A stretch of 56,718 nucleotides of DNA, filler included, from Sphacelaria rigidula (taxonomy: Eukaryota), in the NCBI GenBank assembly GCA_964200075.2. It is 7 parts of 7 records of this genome, joined end to end, with 100 filler letters (N's around TTAATTAATTAA, not from the genome) between each part and the next. Parts side by side here need not be neighbours in the genome. Positions count along the whole stretch, not along the records: positions 48,703 to 56,718 come from CAXNAA020012631.1; 6 more parts are not named here. One strand, written 5' to 3'. The notes under the pieces were generated by a model. That model made no database searches. It saw nothing but the letters and a program-made list of their open reading frames with translations, and was not told the origin of the DNA. The first letter of the stretch is position 1. Every line of letters starts with the position of its first letter. Both the position numbers and the translations under genes were made by a program. Below, in pieces: positions 50,451-56,718 of this stretch.

Positions 50451-52214
50451 ACCCTTTTGAGACTGGAGCTCAGTAACAAGGGGTTCACCATGTATTCGTA
50501 ACATGATAATTAACAAGTCTGGTAGCGACCTGCCCAATCACCGCGAGGCGAAATTTATCGACCACATCTGAACGACCAGTGGAGGGGGGCTGTCGCCGGG
50601 AGTGATGTCACTGCAAAGTTGGTGTACCCTGTCCCTGGCCCACAAACAAGCCTTCGAAGCAAAAGAAAGCCCAAGTGGAGGGGGCTCGGATTCCCGATTT
50701 TTTCATCATCTACTTGCTTTTTATATACGTCCGACCTCTCATCCCCCGATTTTTTTTCGGTCAGCATCCTCTAGTAAAACCTAGTTGAGAACACTAACAC
50801 GTGGTGCTCGGGGGAAATTTCGCACGGTCGAAACGCGGACGGTCTCTCGCACGAGGAAGAGCAGCAGCAGCGGTAGCAGAAGCAGAAGCAGAATCGGCAC
50901 CGGCCGATTCAGCCCCACCCCCAAGCGTCACAGCTGCTGGTAATAAAGCTGCTGCTGCTGCTGCTTCTCTTCGTGCAGGAGACGGTCGACGTTTCGCTCG
51001 TGCGGCAAATGCCGATGCACCTTGCGCATGATCGCTGTCCTGCTGAGATCCCTGGTCTGTTCGCGTGTTCTTACCGCTACTACATTTTCATGATTACGTT
51101 TATTTCGTCTTCGATGGGACAGGGGGCGATTTGTCGTGATCATGAAGTTGTAAACCGTTACATTATCATCATCATGAGAGTCATGCCACGGTAGGGGTTC
51201 ACATTTGTGCCCAGATTGTTCTCTTTTTGAGGCTTCTGCAAATACGAGGTACACATAATATGGGTCAGAAAATTCCCGTTTCAACATCCATTTGAGGCAT
51301 CCCTGGCCCATTGGAGTGCCAATCGTGGCGATCTCTCATATTTTGCATGAATCCTTTTTTGGATGAGATAAAGGGCGCCTACAAATTCAAACCTCGAAAT
51401 ATGCTGTGCACCAGTACCGTGGAATTACTCATGATTTCATTCTCAATTTTCTTGTTTCGATAGGACGGGGCGTGACAGCAACGATTCTACGTCAAATAAG
51501 GGATAATGATGTCACGGTACAGTGTAGCACAACCGTACATACTTCCGGAAGGGTTAAGAAACAGTAAGGGCCTTCATTATCGACAAATAAACAAAATTGC
51601 AGAATGTCTGAAACTTTGGCAATCGCCTAAGGCTCACTATTATCTAGATCTACTGTTGCTGTTAGATACTCTCATTACAGATGGTGCTGATCTCGTCGTT
51701 TGCTTGCCTTCGCTGGCAAAATAAAGGACAGGGTTACGCTACCTGCCCGTGTATGGGGTTCATAACTGTGGTAAAACCTCTTTATCACAACCTCTCTGTG
51801 ACACGGGGGGGTGGTCGGACAGGCCAGGGCGTGATCGACCGGCTCTCTCGGGATGCTGCAGCAGCACACATGAGAGAAAATACCGGCTGTAGAAAGCCCC
51901 GTGCATAGATTGCAGCATGCTTACTCTCTGTGAGTTGTATGCGCAGATACACCCAATCAAACCACCAGCTATAGACTTTTCAGACGGTGCGGTAGCGTAC
52001 ACTCGTAGCAGCACTGCAGGCAAGTAGGTAGCTACTGGATTGCTTCTGCTCTTCGCTTCGAAAGTGCGCATGTCTGCGGACGACGATCACCTTGCTTGAC
52101 CCTAACAGATCCAACACCGCTGCCGGGGCACACACCGTCTAAGGAGATAGATACCGCCAACCCGCAGTGCTTTTTACTCTGCGACATAGCGCAGGGTGTC
52201 ACTAGCAAGGCTCC

Positions 52215-52425
52215 CATTGATTCTTGCATGCTTGCGAGCGCCGCGGCGTGCGCCAAGGGCAGCTCTGCGGAGTATTGTGCTGGGGTCCGAAATATTCGGC
52301 GTTCGCCACACGTGAAGGCTCGGCGAAAAAATTTAGTCGCTTCATTTTGGAAGAACGTTGAAAAAAAGTTGCGAAAACGCCTAAAATCTTGGCGATCTCC
52401 GAAAAAACTGTCGATAATAACGGCC
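52215..52425 (-). mobile_element. Partial copy of the Tourist-like MITE at 4616-4925
   Basis: Reverse complement gives 'ggccgttattatcgacagttttttcggagatc' and 'gagctgc...cgccgcggcgctcgcaagcat.c.agaatca', both matching the scaffold-1 MITE. Confidence 0.7.
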
Positions 52426-52575
52426 TCGACAGGTGAGCTTTTTTTTTGTATCGCAGGCAATAGAGGGGGACGCACGAGTTCTGCCCAATCCTGAACCTCC
52501 CTTTCCCGGATCCAAAACGATAACAAAGACAGGGTCTGAAGTAGATGACACATACAAGGGCAACACAAAACTCAC

Positions 52576-52812
52576 CTTTGCCAGGGAGGAAAATGTAGCT
52601 CTACAACTGTTGAACCTGCAATTGTACGATCTGCCAGCGGTGTCCTGATCCATCATGTCACTGCCGTCACCACCTTCCAAGGAATACACACTCATTTTAC
52701 ACAGCACCGCCCGCTGTATGTTGCCTGCGTCGAAGAACTCGTCGTCAGGCGACAGACGCCTTCTCACCGGACTCGAGAGCAGCCCGCGCTCGGGAGCAAC
52801 TCCCTCCTCCAT
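52576..52812 (-). CDS. ZNF511: First exon of a ZNF511-like C2H2 zinc-finger protein; the rest is not found in this scaffold
   Basis: 'PVRRRLSPDDEFFDAGNIQRAVL' resembles ZNF511 'PVRFPREHQFFEDGDVQRHL'. It is followed by half a finger, 'YNCRFNSCRATFSSLAK', and the donor AAG|GTGAGT. Confidence 0.65.
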
Positions 52813-53399
52813 AGCTCTGGCTTTTGTTCCGCCAAGTAAAACCAGGTGCTTGCTGTCTTCCTGAGGTATGTTGATCTAACTCTGTCCTTGGTGTTTTAGT
52901 CACCAGTGTGAGGCAGATGACCATACATACACCATGTCCCACAGAAGACGTGACAGTTTGAACCTCGGTGCTACTGTTGAACGGAAGTTTGCTCTTGAAA
53001 GGAGCTCCCAATACTACAAGAGTCCACCCACGCATCCAAGAGTCCACCCACGCATCCAATTGCGTGGGAGCGTATGTGCACGACGAACCAACCAACGCAC
53101 CTTGGCGTTTTCGGAACAAAATTATTCAAAATATGCGGAGGGAAAAGAAAATGTTCCTGTTCGTATACACGTTCCGCCGCAACAGCTCGCAGATACCACC
53201 AGGTATATAAGAACGCAACCGGTTGTGGATCCAAACGTCGAAGTGTGTTTGGTATTCATCCCAGAGCGCTCTAATCACATAATATATTGCATCCGTTTGA
53301 GCACGGCGAAGATCAACCAGGGCATCAATTGCGTGTTTCTCCTCAACAGCTTTAGGATCCAATCACAGTCCCCCGGCCGCACGTGATTCAATTCCAATT

Positions 53400-53693
53400 A
53401 TGGCGAGCGCGCTCAGTCACCAGAGTCCGCGGCGTCTGCGACATGCCATCAGGGCCGAACACGGGCGAAGATCAAAATCTCCCTCGCCATCACCCACACG
53501 TCGCCAATCCAGATCCACGTCCCCGTCTCCTTGGAACAGACGACCGTCTGTGTTGTTTCCCAAGTCTCGTTCCCCTTCGCCAAGGAGAGAAAGCATAGGA
53601 TGCCAAGACTTCGTGACACAGCAGCCTTGCCCACGGTATTATATGAAGCAAGTCAAGCTTCATCCATCCGGCTGTCAGCAATGGTCGTCTCAG
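53400..53693 (+). CDS. Probable first exon of a Ser/Arg/Pro-rich protein
   Basis: ATG at 53400, 98 open codons with RSKSPSPSP/RSPSPRR, and a phase-0 donor CAG|GTGAGA. Confidence 0.5.
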
Positions 53694-53884
53694 GTGAGAG
53701 TATCATAAGGTCTATTTATTGGTCTAGTAAGTACCGAGGAAACAGCATACTGTCACTATTGTCTCTGGTACTCGTACACGCGCGTATTACTGTCTTCACC
53801 AGGAGATGGCAGAAGGTGATACCCTGATGCGGAAGCACGAGGATGATGCTGTCACCGTCCTTGGATCACCTTTTGAACCTATTA

Positions 53885-54476
53885 TACGAGTATGAGCTGG
53901 GCCAGCAAACAATGTTGGGTGGTTTTCTCGCCCAGGCGACGAACGGCGTAGGATAAGGAGTCGGATGCTGAAATTTTGACAGCAGCTTATTCTGATCGAA
54001 ATGCAGAATATCACGTGAGCAGCAATTTCGGCATAAACAAGATAATGTCAGGAGTCCAGGAAAAAAATGAGAATCTGCAGCTGCTCCCGGGATGTATCAT
54101 TTCCTCGGGTGCAGAACGTCTTCGTGAACTTTCAGCTCAAGAGTTGTCGAATTGGGTTGTGCGTGCAACGTTTTGCGTGGCGCTGCAGCACCCCACTAAT
54201 ACCCATTGCGGGGTGATTGCTGACGTGAACCCACCGCGTTCGAAAAAAAAAAACTCCAACACGCTATCGCCCAACGATATGAGACGCACCCCGTACTCTA
54301 TGCAATACAATAACGTTATCGGCAATACGACGCCAATCGAACAGCGACGCAGTCTTTTATCATCAGGTGGGTCTGCAGTTCACAGTGATATGCTTATATC
54401 AGGTTATTTCGGGAAACTGGGAAAGCTGTGGTGTAAGCAACTTTTAGCCGACTTTAAGCTGGCCCAGCTCGTACGG
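53885..54476 (+). repeat. Diverged direct duplication; second copy at ~55975-56615
   Basis: Shared blocks 'attttgacagcag', 'caagataatgtcaggagtcca', 'gtgcaacgttttgcgtg.cgctgc' and 'cgggaaactgggaaagctgtgg'. Confidence 0.85.
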
Positions 54477-54497
54477 GAACAAAAGATCGTGCGTTAA

Positions 54498-54977
54498 GGC
54501 CGCTTCTGAAAGACTGAAAAAAACATCTCCCCGAGAACTGCCCTTCTGAACCTTTCATCACAGATTATTGGCGGAATACACGCCTTGGCGGATTGGGCCT
54601 CCTCGGAAGGATTTACTATATTTTTCACGAGGATTCCAGCGCGCTTGTCCGATCTTTCGTACGCCTAGTTATACTTTTGGCCGGATTCTGGATTTTTTCA
54701 GTCATCCCAAAAAACTTCGAGTTGTCGGGGAAAAGTGTGTGTTTTCCCCAACAACTGGAAGTTTATGGGGGTCACTGAAAAAAAACAGAATCCGGTTAAA
54801 GGTAAAACTAGGCGTACAAATAATCAGAAAGGTGCGCTACAATCCTCGTGAAAAATATAGCAAATCTTTCCGACGAGGCCAAATCCGCCAAGGCCCGTAT
54901 TCCGCCAATAATCTGTGGCGAAAGGTTCAAAAGGATAGTTCTCAGAGATATTTTTTCTCAGCCTATAAGGAGCGGCC
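54498..54977. mobile_element. Fold-back Tourist-like (PIF/Harbinger) MITE, 480 bp, TAA target duplication
   Basis: TAA|GGCCGCT...AGCGGCC|TAA. The arms are complementary along their whole length around a GTGTGTG loop near 54735. Confidence 0.9.
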
Positions 54978-55003
54978 TAAGATTATATTTGTACGGAAAC
55001 TAA

Positions 55004-55392
55004 TAGAGCTCGGAAATGGTTTGTCCAACCATTAACCAGTTGAATGGTTACTTGTAGCGCACTCATTAACCATTTGAATGGTACATACTGGTTTGGTCAT
55101 CAAGCAGCGTAACCGCGAGCGAAAAAGCCCTCCCCGGCAGAGGGGGGCCCGCCGGGGGCGCCCCCGGAGGTACGTTTTCACGCGATTTGGTTTCACTAGA
55201 GCTAGAAAATATGTGAACTTTGGGCCAATTTTCAAGGGCTGTATGCAGCCTACGTGGCCGGTAACGACTTATAAAGCCAGTAACGGTAAATAACGGTTTG
55301 GAACCATTATCCAAAATTTTCATATTACCATTACCATTATTACCATCATAATGATAATGGCTAGTTATAACTGGTACCATTTCCGAGCTCTA
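55004..55392. mobile_element. hAT-like MITE with perfect 17-bp TIRs
   Basis: TAGAGCTCGGAAATGGT ... ACCATTTCCGAGCTCTA; no clear 8-bp TSD. Confidence 0.8.
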
Positions 55393-56418
55393 GAGCTTTC
55401 TATTTCTCCCGTTCGATGCTCTCCATCACGAAATACTGAGCTGGTAATAATCCAGTAAATACGAGGTAGCTCAAGAGTGAATTAGCCTGGGGAGGGTTGC
55501 GTGGTCGTCTTGGAGAAGACTGCAATACTGTACGTGCTGCTGGAGGCAGGAACTCCCAACGAGACTTCGTGACGACCGCAAGACTATATTCACGCGAATT
55601 TACGCGACGCTCGTTGTTCTGGAGATTTTTGCACTGTTTGGCATCTGCTTGTGTGTTTCGTGTGGTGGAAAAACAAATTGTGATTATCATTATTCTACAT
55701 GCCGATGATATATTCACGGTGGGAAACACACACTGAGGTGTGATCAATTTGGAAGATAACGAAACGGTTCTCGCGAAAAATCTCGGACCACTTCGATGAT
55801 ATTCGGGGTGTCATCACGTGAGAAGTTTTCTAGCAAGGCATTCTGAAGATATCGCAGCAGACTTACGCTGAGCAGTTTGGTCGAGCAGTTCAGAGTAGAA
55901 AATGCTACTGTAAGAGTGTTCCAATTCCGGTGGGTATGAAGCTCGATGACTTTGATGTGGAGGAAGCACGAGGAATACGAGCTCGACCAGCCAACGATGG
56001 GTGGCTTCCTCGCTCAGGCGACGCACGGCATGATATTAGGGGTTGGACGCTGCAATTTTGACAGCAGTTTATCATGGTCGACATGAAGAACATCACGTGA
56101 GCAGCAAAGAAAAAAAAGAAAAGGAAGTTTTGGGGATTTGAAATTTCAGCAAAACCAAGATAATGTCAGGAGTCCAAGAAAACAATGAGAACCTGCAGCT
56201 GCTCACGGGATGTATCATTTCCTTGTATGCGAAAGGTCTTCGCGAAATTTCAGCTTAAGAGTCGTCGAATCAGGCCGTGCGTGCAACGTTTTGCGTGACG
56301 CTGCTGCACCCCTATAAGTCAAGTGATGGGAGACTCTAATTATGGAGGTCATGAGATCGAATCCCGACATATTCTCTTTTTTTTTTCGTCCGTCGTTAAG
56401 GTCATGTACTATACAGTA

Positions 56419-56419
<1 letters not shown>

Positions 56420-56486
<67 letters not shown>
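56420..56486 (+). repeat. (ATT)n microsatellite
   Basis: Direct reading. Confidence 0.95.
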
Positions 56487-56488
<2 letters not shown>

Positions 56489-56643
56489 TCAGCGGCGGTG
56501 CCGTGTGTTACCAGGTTGGTCCATTGATATGCTTACATCGGGTTTATTCGGGAAACTGGGAAAGCTGTGGCGTGAGCAAATTTTAGCCGCTTCTAAGCTG
56601 GCCCAGCTCGTATGGCCTTGTCGTGAACTATTTTTGTCACCTA

Positions 56644-56718
56644 TGTGAAGTGATCGAGGTGATGGTGTACGGGTGCGCGACCTGGACGATCGCACACGTC
56701 AATTTCGGTGCATTACGG
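56644..56718 (+). mobile_element. RTE-type LINE reverse transcriptase fragment
   Basis: 'EVIEVMVYGCATWTIAHVNFGALR' matches the RTE 'xxLLYGCxTW' motif downstream of the RT domain. Confidence 0.7.

Overview
This is eukaryotic nuclear DNA, most likely from a brown alga (Phaeophyceae, Ectocarpales-like). The inference rests on EsV-1-7 repeats, intron-rich genes and a divergent mitochondrial-type rps12 fragment. The window is not one locus. It is seven unrelated scaffolds (8017 bp x6, then 8016 bp) joined by an artificial 100-bp linker, N44-TTAATTAATTAA-N44. Contents: a decayed EsV-1-7 repeat array split by a Tourist-like MITE; a complete-looking 5-exon gene for an unknown, probably secreted 252-aa protein; a multi-exon LRR/LRRcap gene; the first exon of a ZNF511-like gene head-to-head with an SR-rich first exon; a mitochondrial insertion (degenerate tRNA plus frameshifted rps12); a decayed multi-exon gene of unknown family; Copia, LINE and RTE remnants; and many MITEs and fold-back elements. 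The most distinctive pattern is two retroelement families that share a ~70-nt 3' end, always followed by a C-rich tail rather than poly(A), and sometimes tandemly reiterated. I found no CRISPR array and no clearly intact novel multi-gene system.
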